Both the position numbers and the translations under genes were made by a program. A DNA stretch of 62,416 bases, filler included, from Candidatus Woesearchaeota archaeon (GTDB lineage: Archaea > Nanobdellota > Nanobdellia > Woesearchaeales > GCA-2687795): NCBI GenBank assembly GCA_030753365.1. It is 9 parts of 9 records of this genome, joined end to end, with 100 filler letters (N's around TTAATTAATTAA, not from the genome) between each part and the next. Parts side by side here need not be neighbours in the genome. Positions count along the whole stretch, not along the records: positions 1 to 7,678 come from JASMCJ010000053.1; positions 7,779 to 15,886 come from JASMCJ010000054.1; 7 more parts are not named here. One strand, 5' to 3'. The notes under the pieces were generated by a model, which was not told the origin of the DNA, ran no database searches, and saw nothing but the letters and a program-made list of their open reading frames with translations. This document shows, in pieces, positions 1 to 10,021 of the stretch. The first letter of the stretch is position 1. Each line of letters opens with the position of its first letter.

Positions 1-1
1 T

Positions 2-184
2 AATAGCATTAAGGTTCTTCCTTGTAACTTTTACTCCATCAACCTCCTCCATGCCAAACACTTTCGTCTTCTCAAGAATAGCGAAAATTATTGTAAAAAC
101 TAACAGGAACGGCAAAACCACATCATAAATGCCAATTTCACCAAAAAATATTAACGCCTCTCTAAATGCAGATTCCTGTGCCAT
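2..184 (-). CDS. Membrane protein of unknown function, N-terminal part (runs off window start)
   Basis: Manual translation from ATG at 184: MAQESAFREALIFFGEIGIYDVVLPFLLVFTIIFAILEKTKVFG...; hydrophobic; open to the window edge; not in the ORF track. Confidence 0.7.
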   Translation of the reverse strand, partial: MAQESAFREALIFFGEIGIYDVVLPFLLVFTIIFAILEKTKVFGMEEVDGVKVTRKNLNAI

Positions 185-317
185 AATACTTTTTTTATAA
201 TAAGAATTATATATAAAACTTTCGTTAATCAAAATTATTGGAAAACAGCTTCAAAATGCAAAATAATCCTTAATTAACCAGAAACAATTAAACTTCTATC
301 CTTGAATGAGCTAAAAA

Positions 318-325
318 TTTATAAA
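318..325 (+). promoter_or_regulatory. Putative archaeal TATA box (TTTATAAA) of a leaderless trxB transcript
   Basis: A-rich BRE-like tract then TTTATAAA about 23 nt before ATG 348. Similar spacing recurs before 29271, 35840, 39999 and (minus strand) 60947. Confidence 0.55.
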
Positions 326-347
326 CCCAGCCTATTCTCTTTTTTCT

Positions 348-1259
348 ATGGAAACATTTGACACAATAATCATAGGCACAGGCTGTGCAGGCTTTGGAGC
401 TGCTATTTATTCCGGAAGATTTAACCTGAAAACATTAATTCTTGGAAAAATAATGGGCGGAACAATCAACACAACCCATTCAGTTGAGAACTATCCCGGC
501 TTCACCCAAATTGGTGGAATGGCTTTAGCCAATAAACTAAAAGAACACGCAATGGAATATGACATAACTCTCAAAGAAGAAAAAGTAATTAAAATAAAAA
601 AGCAAGACACATTATTCCATATATCAACAAAAGAAGACAACTACTTAACAAAAACAATCATCTTCTGCACAGGCACAGAAGTAAGAAAGCTAAACATCCC
701 TGGTGAAAAAGAATTCACAGGAAAAGGCGTGCACTACTGCGCTTTATGCGACGGCTATTTCTACAAAAACAAAATCGTAGGGGTTGTAGGCGGCTCAGAC
801 TCAGCAGCAAAAGAAGCTCTCTTACTCTCACAATACGCAAAAAAAGTATATATCATTTACAGAAAAGAAAAAATCCGTGCAGAGCCAATCAACTACAAAA
901 AAGTCATTGAAAACAAAAAGATTGAAATCATCACCAACACAAACATCCTTGAAATCAAAGGCGACAAATTTGTAAATCAAATAATCTTTGACAAGCCATA
1001 CAAAAGAAAGAAAGAATTCAACATAGATGGATTATTCATTGAAATCGGCAGGCTCCCTATCTCAGGCCTGGCAAAAGATTTAGGAATAAAAACCAATGAA
1101 AAAGACGAAATTATTATCGATAGAAAATCAAAAACCAACATCCTTGGATTATTTGCAGCAGGCGACGTTGTAGACACAGCTTTCAAGCAAGCCATAACCG
1201 GTGTTGCTGAAGGGGTCATGGCAGCCCATTCAGCCTACGAACATCTAACCCATAAATAA
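348..1259 (+). CDS. trxB: Thioredoxin-disulfide reductase
   Basis: FAD motif IIGTGCAG, redox CALC, NADPH motif VGGSDSA, C-terminal FAAGD. Confidence 0.92.
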   Translation: METFDTIIIGTGCAGFGAAIYSGRFNLKTLILGKIMGGTINTTHSVENYPGFTQIGGMALANKLKEHAMEYDITLKEEKVIKIKKQDTLFHISTKEDNYLTKTIIFCTGTEVRKLNIPGEKEFTGKGVHYCALCDGYFYKNKIVGVVGGSDSAAKEALLLSQYAKKVYIIYRKEKIRAEPINYKKVIENKKIEIITNTNILEIKGDKFVNQIIFDKPYKRKKEFNIDGLFIEIGRLPISGLAKDLGIKTNEKDEIIIDRKSKTNILGLFAAGDVVDTAFKQAITGVAEGVMAAHSAYEHLTHK

Positions 1260-1264
1260 ATACT

Positions 1265-2002
1265 ATGATTACTACTTTTATGATCCTTGGATTGATTATA
1301 ATCTTCCTGGCAGGTATAACCTCAGGATTAACTGGCTTTGGCTTCGCCCTTATTTCAGTACCTTTAATGATGCTCTTTCTTCCTTTAAAGACAGTCACCC
1401 CAATCATCCTTCTGCTCCAAATACTAATCAATCTATTCCTCTTATTTGAAGCAAGAAAATTTGTTAATCTAAAAAGAATCTGGCCATTAATACTAGTAGG
1501 CATACTAGGAATTCCTCTTGGGACTTATCTCTTACTATTTTTAGACGTTACTATCTTAAAAATCTCTGTTGGCTTAATTATTATCTTATTTGCTATAGCT
1601 TTCTTAACCGGTTTCAAGAAAGAAATAAAAAGAGAAAGATCTGCCTTTGCCATAGTTGGCTTTATCAGTGGAATTTTAAATGGAAGCACAGCAATGAGTG
1701 GTCCTCCAGTTGTACTATTCTTCACAAACCAAAACATAGAAAAGCGAACATTTAGGGCAAACTTAATAGCTTACTTTATTATCCTTAATCTAATCACAAT
1801 CCCTTTCCTTCTGATTGGAAACCTAATAACTCTAGAAACAATCGGCTACACAGCATTATTCCTGCCAGCTTTATTCTTGGGAGGATTAACTGGAACCAGG
1901 CTTATCCACAAGATAAACGAAAAACTATTCAAAAAGATTGTGCTAATAATCATCATTGCTTCAGGTTTACTATCAACCGCTTCCGGCTTAGGAATAATCT
2001 AA
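1265..2002 (+). CDS. TauE/SafE (sulfite exporter-like) membrane protein
   Basis: GLTGFGFAL and SGPPVV motifs, about 8 TM segments, 245 aa. Confidence 0.85.
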   Translation: MITTFMILGLIIIFLAGITSGLTGFGFALISVPLMMLFLPLKTVTPIILLLQILINLFLLFEARKFVNLKRIWPLILVGILGIPLGTYLLLFLDVTILKISVGLIIILFAIAFLTGFKKEIKRERSAFAIVGFISGILNGSTAMSGPPVVLFFTNQNIEKRTFRANLIAYFIILNLITIPFLLIGNLITLETIGYTALFLPALFLGGLTGTRLIHKINEKLFKKIVLIIIIASGLLSTASGLGII

Positions 2003-2014
2003 ACAATAAATTCT

Positions 2015-2920
2015 TTAACGGCCATTCCCCTTAGCCACAAGAACTCTTATCCCACCAGCATGCTCAAACTTAAAGCGGTCATACTTCCCAATGAAATCTC
2101 CATCAACTTCTAACTGGACAGGTGTCGGACTATACACCTTTAGTTTTCTTGTTTTAACATAATGTACTCCTTTATTACCAATATGTGTCCCTTTATAAAC
2201 TACTGGCAAGCTTTGGAATACTGTCCTCAAATTTTCCATAAGACATAAATCCATCTGCCCATCATCATATATAGCATCTGGTGCTATTTTCATATGGTCT
2301 GCATAAAACCTAATATTAGAAACAACTCCAATAAGAACACTTTTCTCAACATCCTCTTTATCAATCTTAAGGTTCATACTCTTAGGAGTATTATACCTAA
2401 AAAGCGCTCTCACAGCACCAGTAACATAAGCAATCTTCCCTCTAAAGAAGCGTCTCTTATTTCTCTCTTCTAATATTGCTGCCCCTAATCCAATACTTGC
2501 AAACCCCAGAAAAGGTTCTTCATTTACTCTCCATCCATCCATCTCTCTTTCAGTTCCTTTAATCAATTTATCACAAACATTATCCAAACTCCCATAACCG
2601 CACTCCTCTGCAATATCATTAGCAGAACCTCCAGGCAATGCAACTAAAATCTTATCTTTCCCATATTTATTCTGCATCAATCCTTTAGAAACAGCATTCA
2701 CTCCTCCATCACCACTAAACACAAAAATAGCTTCATGCATTCTGTCTTTTCTAACCACTTCAATAGTTTCTTCCCTTGTTCTTGGAATCTCTACATCATA
2801 ATCAAAACCTTTCCTTCTAAGAGAATATCCAACTAGTTCCCATCTCTCCTCTGCCCTTCCTTCATTAGCGTTAGGATTCACTATCACTAACGGCTTCTTT
2901 ATTCTATCTAATAGATTCAT
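2015..2920 (-). CDS. Diacylglycerol-kinase-family (YegS/BmrU-like) lipid kinase
   Basis: VNPNA, SGDGG, PGGSAND and VDGD motifs. Confidence 0.85.
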   Translation of the reverse strand: MNLLDRIKKPLVIVNPNANEGRAEERWELVGYSLRRKGFDYDVEIPRTREETIEVVRKDRMHEAIFVFSGDGGVNAVSKGLMQNKYGKDKILVALPGGSANDIAEECGYGSLDNVCDKLIKGTEREMDGWRVNEEPFLGFASIGLGAAILEERNKRRFFRGKIAYVTGAVRALFRYNTPKSMNLKIDKEDVEKSVLIGVVSNIRFYADHMKIAPDAIYDDGQMDLCLMENLRTVFQSLPVVYKGTHIGNKGVHYVKTRKLKVYSPTPVQLEVDGDFIGKYDRFKFEHAGGIRVLVAKGNGR

Positions 2921-2993
2921 TAAAATACAGAAATAGGCACGAGCTTATATTCTTTTTGAAAAAAATAGCCTTTCTTATCTAATTATTTCCAAC

Positions 2994-4391
2994 TCAAGAT
3001 GAAGCAACACTCTTTACAAGCAGGAAATCCTCTTTAGGAATAGAATACCTAAACTCATCATCCTTAAAATCAACCTGTACAACGCTCCCTTCAACAATAC
3101 TATTATTCATCTCAAACTCATAGTTAAGCTCACTAACAACAAACCTATTAAGATTATTATAAACCTCACGCGCTCCAAATTTAGAAGGATTCCCTCTTCT
3201 AATAATTTCTTCTTTAGCCTCATCATTTACATTTATATTATAATATTTAAGCTGCCCATTAGCCTCACCTATATTTTTATTAAGAATCTTATCAAGGGTA
3301 TCCTCATCCAAAGCATTAAAATTGACAAACTCACTTATTCTGCCAAGGAATGGCCTTGAAATTCCTTGTTGCTCAAGTATGGAAATAATTCTATTTTTCT
3401 CAGCCTCATTTTCAGACAAGCCTGAATTAGCTTCAAAACCTATAAGCCTTCCCATACTCTGCTCTGATAATTTATTTCCAGTATTGCTTGTAAAAATGAA
3501 GTATCCTTTGAAATCATACCTCTCTCCTTTTGGAGGTGTTATTAGAAAACCATCCCAAAGAAAACTTGTAAGAGCTTCATACACCTTCGGATGAACCTTA
3601 TCCATCTCATCGAAGAGAAATATAGAATAAGGGTCTCTCCTGATAGCATGAGTCAAAAGACCTCCTGGTTCTTTTTCATCATAACCAACATAACTCACAG
3701 GTGCTCCAAACAAGTTCCTAACAGTATGTCTCTCCTGATACTCTGAACCCTGTAAGTAAAGCAAAGGAACTTCTAAAATTTCAGCAAGTATTTCAGCTAA
3801 GCTAGTCTTTCCTACGCCAGAAGGTCCCGTCAGATAAAGACTGGGAATCCCTTTCTTAGGCATACCTCTATGCTTAGTATTAATCAACGGCTTTAACACT
3901 TGCCTTATTGCATCCTTTTGTCCCATAACTTCTTCCTCATTAAGCCTTTCTTCCAGCTCTCTAAAATCAACCTCAGAAAATCTTTCTTCAAAAGTAATAT
4001 CTTTCTTAGCAGCTCTCCCATCAGGCAGCATTTTTGCAGTTTGTAACTGTGAATTAGTATTCTCTGCATGTGATTCTCCTGAATCAGCTCCAAAGTTAAG
4101 TTTAATATTTATTCCCTTTGAAACACTTTCATATCTAAGCTTAGGATTAACTTCGATAGAAGCTTCATATAACCTAACCATATCCTCATAAGAAAACTCC
4201 CTATTTTTACCACCTCTCCATAAGCAGGTTTCAACAACTTTAGGAACATAATGATTTTTATCAAGAATATCTTCTAAGAGAAATTTCCTGACATTTGCTT
4301 CCATCTGTTCAGGACTAAGCCTTCTAAACATAAGCTTTTCAGGCTTATTATCAATCTGAGTTTCTCTTTCTACAGTATCGAATGCAGGCAT
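2994..4391 (-). CDS. ClpA/ClpB-family AAA+ ATPase with only the D2 module and an unknown N-terminal domain
   Basis: GQKDA, Walker A GPSGVGKT, pore loop GAPVSYVGY, Walker B FDEMDK, TSN, IGF loop, sensor-2 GARE; only one Walker A. Confidence 0.8.
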   Translation of the reverse strand: MPAFDTVERETQIDNKPEKLMFRRLSPEQMEANVRKFLLEDILDKNHYVPKVVETCLWRGGKNREFSYEDMVRLYEASIEVNPKLRYESVSKGINIKLNFGADSGESHAENTNSQLQTAKMLPDGRAAKKDITFEERFSEVDFRELEERLNEEEVMGQKDAIRQVLKPLINTKHRGMPKKGIPSLYLTGPSGVGKTSLAEILAEILEVPLLYLQGSEYQERHTVRNLFGAPVSYVGYDEKEPGGLLTHAIRRDPYSIFLFDEMDKVHPKVYEALTSFLWDGFLITPPKGERYDFKGYFIFTSNTGNKLSEQSMGRLIGFEANSGLSENEAEKNRIISILEQQGISRPFLGRISEFVNFNALDEDTLDKILNKNIGEANGQLKYYNINVNDEAKEEIIRRGNPSKFGAREVYNNLNRFVVSELNYEFEMNNSIVEGSVVQVDFKDDEFRYSIPKEDFLLVKSVASS

Positions 4392-4476
4392 ATATCAAAA
4401 GAATCACACCCTATTATTTAAGTGTTTTTGTTATTTTATGATAGTTACATTAATTTCTATTTAAATCAAGAATTCT

Positions 4477-6186
4477 TTACTCTCTCAGCAAAATCTCAAC
4501 AACATTAGCAAACGCAGGCCTTGTAATAAAAATACCAATACTAACACCAATAATAGTTGTAAGCGCAAACCCTTTCAACAAGCCAGCACCAGCAAAAATA
4601 AGTGGCATCATAGCCACAACAGTAGTAAGATATGCAGCCGTAATAATAAAGAACGCTTTCTTAATCCTCTTCTTCCAATCAAATATCTGTACAGATCTCC
4701 CGCCAATAGTCTCATCAGCAATCACGATCTGATGGTCAACTCCAGTACCAATAGCAATAATAATACCAGCAATCGCCGGCAAATCAATATTCCATCCAAT
4801 AATTGAAGCAACCCCTATAAGCAGAACAACCTCTGAAATTAGGCTAACAGTCATCGGCACAGTAATCTGAATCTTTCTATATCTCAAAGAAACCATTACT
4901 GCAACGCTTATCAAAATCAATAATCCCATAAAAAGTGCATTATTAACAAACTCTTCACCCAAGACAGGAGAAACATTATCAGTCTTAACAATATTAAGTT
5001 TCACAGGAAGCGAACCAGTAATCAACATCGTCTGCAGCTTCTTCATATTCTGTAATGCATTATACACTGCCTCCTGGTTAGTAGCTCCTCCTCCAGTCCC
5101 AGAAATCTGTATATCTGTCACAGCCCTTCCTTTCAAATCAGCGCCAATATTAAGCTGGTCAACCTCCTTATCATCAAGATAAAGATACAACTTCTCGCTA
5201 AGATACTCATCATTATTTTCAACAATAACCTCTAAATCCCTTGTAAGGCTTGCCTGCCTCTCAGCAGCTTCAGGGCTCAACGATATAGAAAATCTAAACC
5301 TGCACACATAACCTCCTCCTGCTGCAACTCCGCAGCCTCTGCCAGGGTCAATACCTGAACAATCAGCGCTTCTGCAAACATAAGTAATATCCTCTCCTCC
5401 TCTAAACACCGTATTATTTCCAACTTTTGCTTCAAACTTGCCCTGCTTTGCAATAAGCTCTTTAACCTCTTCCTCATTAGCTCCTGCAAGCTCAATAAGA
5501 ATATATTGGTTGCCTGACAAATCATTTGAACTCCTAATCACAACATCGCTCAATCCATACACATTAAGCCTTTGGTTAAGGCTTGAAATAAGATCATCAG
5601 TATAAGTCTTTGAAACCTTCTCTTCAGGTTTAAGCAAAACTCTAACCCCTCCTTGTAAATCAAGCCCTTGCTTAATATTAGTCTTAGGAGGATTATACAC
5701 TCTCAATCCAATATCTTCAACACCAAGAACATACACCTCTTTCTTTGGCTCTTCCACAATCCTTGTAACATTCTCTGTCTTATTAGTAGCCTCATCAAAA
5801 ACCTCTTCAGTCACTATCCTCTTTATTGTCTCATTCAGCACAACTTCTTCAGTCTCAGCCCTCATTAATAGCTTATACAATCCTCTATTAGTCTTAACAT
5901 GGACAGTCTGGTTAATCTCCAGCTTTTCTACAACACCATAATATTCTTCCACATCATTAATCACAACATTATTTATAGCCAATATTCTCTCCCTATTCAT
6001 AGGCCTTGCATTAGGAGTCGGGCCTATAATCCCTGCAATAGAAGCTGACGAATTTGCAACAACATTCCTTATAGTAACACCCTTAACATTAAGATTAGGA
6101 GATATAGAAACAACAGCCAGAACTAAGCAAATTATTAAAATGATTATCCTGGGATTCGTAAAAATCTTCTTAATCTTCCTATTCAT
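4477..6186 (-). CDS. secD: Protein translocase subunit SecD
   Basis: GLDLQGG, TGSLP, GTGVDHQIV and KGFA motifs. Start moved to ATG 6186, which overlaps the secF stop. Confidence 0.9.
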   Translation of the reverse strand: MNRKIKKIFTNPRIIILIICLVLAVVSISPNLNVKGVTIRNVVANSSASIAGIIGPTPNARPMNRERILAINNVVINDVEEYYGVVEKLEINQTVHVKTNRGLYKLLMRAETEEVVLNETIKRIVTEEVFDEATNKTENVTRIVEEPKKEVYVLGVEDIGLRVYNPPKTNIKQGLDLQGGVRVLLKPEEKVSKTYTDDLISSLNQRLNVYGLSDVVIRSSNDLSGNQYILIELAGANEEEVKELIAKQGKFEAKVGNNTVFRGGEDITYVCRSADCSGIDPGRGCGVAAGGGYVCRFRFSISLSPEAAERQASLTRDLEVIVENNDEYLSEKLYLYLDDKEVDQLNIGADLKGRAVTDIQISGTGGGATNQEAVYNALQNMKKLQTMLITGSLPVKLNIVKTDNVSPVLGEEFVNNALFMGLLILISVAVMVSLRYRKIQITVPMTVSLISEVVLLIGVASIIGWNIDLPAIAGIIIAIGTGVDHQIVIADETIGGRSVQIFDWKKRIKKAFFIITAAYLTTVVAMMPLIFAGAGLLKGFALTTIIGVSIGIFITRPAFANVVEILLRE

Positions 6187-7126
6187 ATTCTCCCTCAACA
6201 TCATTGCCTGACTTTTCTTCATACGGTTTCTGCTTCCTTTCCACATAAAGCCTTAACAATCCTGCATTCTGTATCCATGTATTAATCAGGTCTATACCAA
6301 GGCCAATAAGCAAGATAATCATAATTTGCCTTATAACTTCAGATTGAGTAAAAATCAAAGCAGTCAATATAGCAACTATAGTTGTCCCGCTCATCATAAG
6401 CCCAGTTCTCATTGCTCCCTTAATCTTCTCAAACACAGTACCTTCAGTCACCTTAAGCACTCTTGTTGACAACAAAATATCAGTATCAACAGAATAACCA
6501 ATCAGCATAAGGAACGCAGCAATGCCTGCAGTTGACAGCTTAATCTCTAACAAATTCACAATAGCCAATGTTTCTATAATATCTGAGAACGCTGACAAAA
6601 TAACAGCAATACTTGGCACAAAGCTCCTAAAATAAATAAACACCACAATACCCATAAACAGAAACGCAATTGAAATCGCAACAATAGTTTCCCTAAAAAA
6701 GCTCTCACCCAATGATGAGCCAATAATCTCAATAGAATAGTCATCCTTCTTTATGCTAAGCTCTCTCTCTACCTTTTCAAGGAAACTACTTAACTCATCC
6801 GTCTCCTCAGGATCAACATCAGCTTCTATAATAATCCCTGAACTCTGCCCAATCCTTGACAACTCTCTAATATTAATATCACGCCCAGGAAAACTGGACA
6901 AAAGGCTCGCGCGAAGCTCTTCTATGTTAACCCCTTTAACCATAGGGATAGTAATAGTAGTCCCTCCTTTCAATGAAATACCCTTCTCAATAAACTCACC
7001 AGTAGTAGAATACTTATAAAAAATAAGCACCAATGCTATGAAAAGCAGCACAAAAGGTATAATTAACAGCTTCTTATACTGCTTATCATAAACCTTCATG
7101 AAAAGCCATTCTTTTTTATCTTCCAT
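6179..7126 (-). CDS. secF: Protein translocase subunit SecF
   Basis: GISLKGG and IGYSVDTDILL motifs; adjacent to secD. Confidence 0.9.
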   Translation of the reverse strand: MEDKKEWLFMKVYDKQYKKLLIIPFVLLFIALVLIFYKYSTTGEFIEKGISLKGGTTITIPMVKGVNIEELRASLLSSFPGRDINIRELSRIGQSSGIIIEADVDPEETDELSSFLEKVERELSIKKDDYSIEIIGSSLGESFFRETIVAISIAFLFMGIVVFIYFRSFVPSIAVILSAFSDIIETLAIVNLLEIKLSTAGIAAFLMLIGYSVDTDILLSTRVLKVTEGTVFEKIKGAMRTGLMMSGTTIVAILTALIFTQSEVIRQIMIILLIGLGIDLINTWIQNAGLLRLYVERKQKPYEEKSGNDVEGEYE

Positions 7127-7182
7127 ACACTCTAGAAAACCGATTTTTTATTTAAATGTTTATGTTTCAAGCATATTAAGCC

Positions 7183-7678
7183 TTATCCACAAAGCTCAAG
7201 CGTAACAGTAACCAACCCTCCAGGAATAGGAATCGGCTGGTCTTTATGTTCTTTTGCGCCAGTGCATTCAGTACCAACAGGAGGTATGCCCACTACAGAG
7301 ATACCTCCTTTTTTAACCGTAAAATAAAAATCCTGCCCCCATTCAACAAACGTTGCTCCAAATATACCATTTGGTGAAACTTCACCATCTCCTATAATCC
7401 TTTTAACATGAGCGCATGAATCTTCTGTGCTACCAGTTCCATCATCACAATTTATTTGAGACACTCCTGCAGTAGCGCAGTCCTGAATCAATTGCGTAAT
7501 TGTAGCCCCTCCAGGACAATCTAAGCTAGTTGTCTTAAGCAATGTATTCAGCATATTAGCAGCCTTCACAGTCTTAGTATAAGCCTGCCTAGCTCCAGAA
7601 GTAGCAGGCTTTAACGCAGTAAACTTAACAGCAAACAAAAGCCCTAGACTAATAAGTATAACAACCAATGCCAAGCCC
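7183..7678 (-). CDS. Membrane-anchored, pilin-like hypothetical protein (5' truncated by contig end)
   Basis: N-terminal hydrophobic helix GLALVVILISLGLLFAV followed by a Cys-containing soluble domain. Confidence 0.55.
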
Positions 7679-7778
7679 NNNNNNNNNNNNNNNNNNNNNN
7701 NNNNNNNNNNNNNNNNNNNNNNTTAATTAATTAANNNNNNNNNNNNNNNNNNNNNNNNNNNNNNNNNNNNNNNNNNNN
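7679..7778. other. Artificial contig linker
   Basis: N run + TTAATTAATTAA (stops in all frames) + N run, 100 bp. Confidence 0.99.
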
Positions 7779-7843
7779 AGAGTTAAAAGACATTCTAAGA
7801 AAGCTGTTGGATGGAGAGAAGCTGGAAGGTTTTGGGAAGATTA

Positions 7844-8173
7844 TTACCTCCAAAAGTTCATAGGGTAAGTAGAAGCTCTTTTGTATGGACATTTAACTCC
7901 TCTTATGTTTCTTCTAACAATTGAGTCTATACTTTTTCTATCTGATTCAGGAACAGATATTACTTTTGAAACTTCCATGCCATGAGAAGTTTGTTTGTAT
8001 TTATATTGTTGAATAATTCCTGGAACAACTACATAATTAGAGTATAACAATACTAATATTTTTTTACTGCCATTCGCAATAATCTGCTCTGAATTAGGTA
8101 TAGAATCCCAATTAGACCAGCCAGGATCTGCTCTAGTATGCGTATGTAGGTATTCCATTTTTAATAAATACAT
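7844..8173 (-). CDS. Small protein with JAMM/MPN+ metal motif
   Basis: HTHTRADPGWSNWD matches HxH-x7-S-x2-D exactly, only 9 residues from the start. Confidence 0.5.
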   Translation of the reverse strand: MYLLKMEYLHTHTRADPGWSNWDSIPNSEQIIANGSKKILVLLYSNYVVVPGIIQQYKYKQTSHGMEVSKVISVPESDRKSIDSIVRRNIRGVKCPYKRASTYPMNFWR

Positions 8174-8224
8174 TATATATAACTAAGATATTATTTAAAA
8201 TATTATATATAAAAGAGAATATAT

Positions 8225-9412
8225 CTACTTAACAAACACTATCACAAAGTTAGCTATTACAAGAAGGAAGAAAAAGATGCTTATGCTCTTCCAGACTTTG
8301 TTCGCTCTCTTTTCTTCTTTGAAGATGCCTTGCAGTGCAACCTGCATCATTCTGCCCCCATCTATCGGGCCTATGGGAATTAGATTAAAGATACCTATGC
8401 CAAGGTTCAGAATGAATAACCATGTAAATAAGCCGAATATCCAGAACAAAACCTTTGGTGTTACACTACCATATTTCTGAGTGAAATCCTCATTGATTTT
8501 TGTGTTTTGCTTGATTAAGACTCCTAAATAAGGCTTATCCTTGTCTTCAGGATTAGATGCAAGAGTTACAAGATATTCTGTTTTGTTTGTTGTAACAGAT
8601 ATTTGATCTCCAGGAGAACTCTTCTCTAACACCTTAGTAAAATTTGCAATTGTATCAATAGGCATGTTCTCCACATTAGTAATCACTTCATTCCCTGACA
8701 TTCCTGCTTTTTCTGCAGGAAATTCACCTGCTGCTAGACCTGTGACTAAAACACCATCATAATCTATGGCAGATGATACTAAAGGTGTTAAGACTGCCCA
8801 TGTAATGAGAAGTATAAGGAAGGCTAATACGATATTAGAGAATGGTCCAGCTGCAAAGATTGAGAGCTGAACTCTTTTCTCTTTTTGTTTTAACATTTCT
8901 TCGTCAGGCTCTACGAAGGCTGCTGGAAGTATAGGCAATAGTATGCCGAAGAAGGCAAACCCGCTTGACTTGATTTCTATATTGTGGCGCCTTGCCATTA
9001 CACCATGAGAGAATTCATGCACTACTGCAATTATGAATACTGAGATTATGAAGTAAAAGAAGGGTACATAGACTGTTCCTTTTACGCCTGCTTTGAATGG
9101 CTGGATTATGCCCACGCCTGAAGGAGCTGAGGGTAGAGTTAATAATTTGTAAATGTTGCTTACTAATGACCAGCCAAGGAAACCCATGCCTATGAAACCG
9201 ATTGCTATGCCAACATAGCCTATATACTTTAAGGGTTTGGAGAATTTTTTTGCTAGTTTATCCATGGCATTTAAGCCTAACTTTGTCCTGTACATTATAA
9301 AGTAGATTAAGGGTGTTAGAACTTTTTGGAATTGTATTTTTTTTCTTTTTGATAAAAGAAATAAAGAGAGAAGAAGGATAAATACTATAGCTAAGATTGA
9401 TTGAATATCCAT
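8225..9412 (-). CDS. Site-2 protease (M50) with PDZ domain
   Basis: HEFSH zinc motif, AAFVEP, AGPFSN, PDZ-like segment, NLIPIGPIDGG. Confidence 0.92.
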   Translation of the reverse strand: MDIQSILAIVFILLLSLFLLSKRKKIQFQKVLTPLIYFIMYRTKLGLNAMDKLAKKFSKPLKYIGYVGIAIGFIGMGFLGWSLVSNIYKLLTLPSAPSGVGIIQPFKAGVKGTVYVPFFYFIISVFIIAVVHEFSHGVMARRHNIEIKSSGFAFFGILLPILPAAFVEPDEEMLKQKEKRVQLSIFAAGPFSNIVLAFLILLITWAVLTPLVSSAIDYDGVLVTGLAAGEFPAEKAGMSGNEVITNVENMPIDTIANFTKVLEKSSPGDQISVTTNKTEYLVTLASNPEDKDKPYLGVLIKQNTKINEDFTQKYGSVTPKVLFWIFGLFTWLFILNLGIGIFNLIPIGPIDGGRMMQVALQGIFKEEKRANKVWKSISIFFFLLVIANFVIVFVK

Positions 9413-9431
9413 TTTATAAAAATAAGTTCAC

Positions 9432-9590
9432 CTATTTTTTTAACGGCCTTAATGCCTTACCGTGGCATTTCTTGCATTTTACTTTGCCCTGTATAACAAG
9501 CATGTTGAATGCTTTTACAACTGTCTTGCACTTTCTACATACAAATTTGTTTTTGAACAGTCTTGCTTGAGCTTCTGGAAATTTTGCCAT
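9432..9590 (-). CDS. rpl40e: 50S ribosomal protein L40e (below ORF-track size cut-off)
   Basis: Manual translation, 52 aa: MAKFPEAQARLFKNKFVCRKCKTVVKAFNMLVIQGKVKCKKCHGKALRPLKK; CxxC...CxxC zinc ribbon. Confidence 0.9.
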   Translation of the reverse strand: MAKFPEAQARLFKNKFVCRKCKTVVKAFNMLVIQGKVKCKKCHGKALRPLKK

Positions 9591-9593
9591 TTA

Positions 9594-9989
9594 TTATTCT
9601 CCTCGTATCTGCTTCATTACTTTGTCGCCTAATATATCCCAATATAAAACCTTGGCTCCTTCTACACAACCTTCTTTTAAGTCTTCAGGAATTTTTAAAT
9701 CGAATGTTTCATAACTTTCAGTATCCATAACGTTTGCTGTGTCTCCTTGAATTGATAATATCTGAGCATTCTTTTTCTCAACTATTGGAACATCAACCTG
9801 ATCATGACCTGGCATGACTACAACTCTTTTCTTTCCATCTATCAAGCCCACTGCGCTCATTCTTACTTTTGCGTGTCCATGTTTTCCAGGCCTTGAAGTT
9901 TGGGTGTCTGCTACTCTGCAGGCATGGCCATCTACTATAACATAAGAACCTTTTTGTAATGAGCCCACTGAAGCTTTTTTTGTTGCCAT
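9594..9989 (-). CDS. eif5a: Translation factor aIF5A
   Basis: Hypusine loop SRPGKHGHAK, 131 aa. Confidence 0.95.
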   Translation of the reverse strand: MATKKASVGSLQKGSYVIVDGHACRVADTQTSRPGKHGHAKVRMSAVGLIDGKKRVVVMPGHDQVDVPIVEKKNAQILSIQGDTANVMDTESYETFDLKIPEDLKEGCVEGAKVLYWDILGDKVMKQIRGE

Positions 9990-10021
9990 GACTTTTAAAA
10001 AAGCGGGATTGTTTATAAAGA

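Noticed and set aside
7779..7863. Possible 3' end of a plus-strand gene at the contig start (ELKDILRKLLDGEKLEGFGKIITSKSS)
   Set aside because: Too short to assign a frame or function with confidence.
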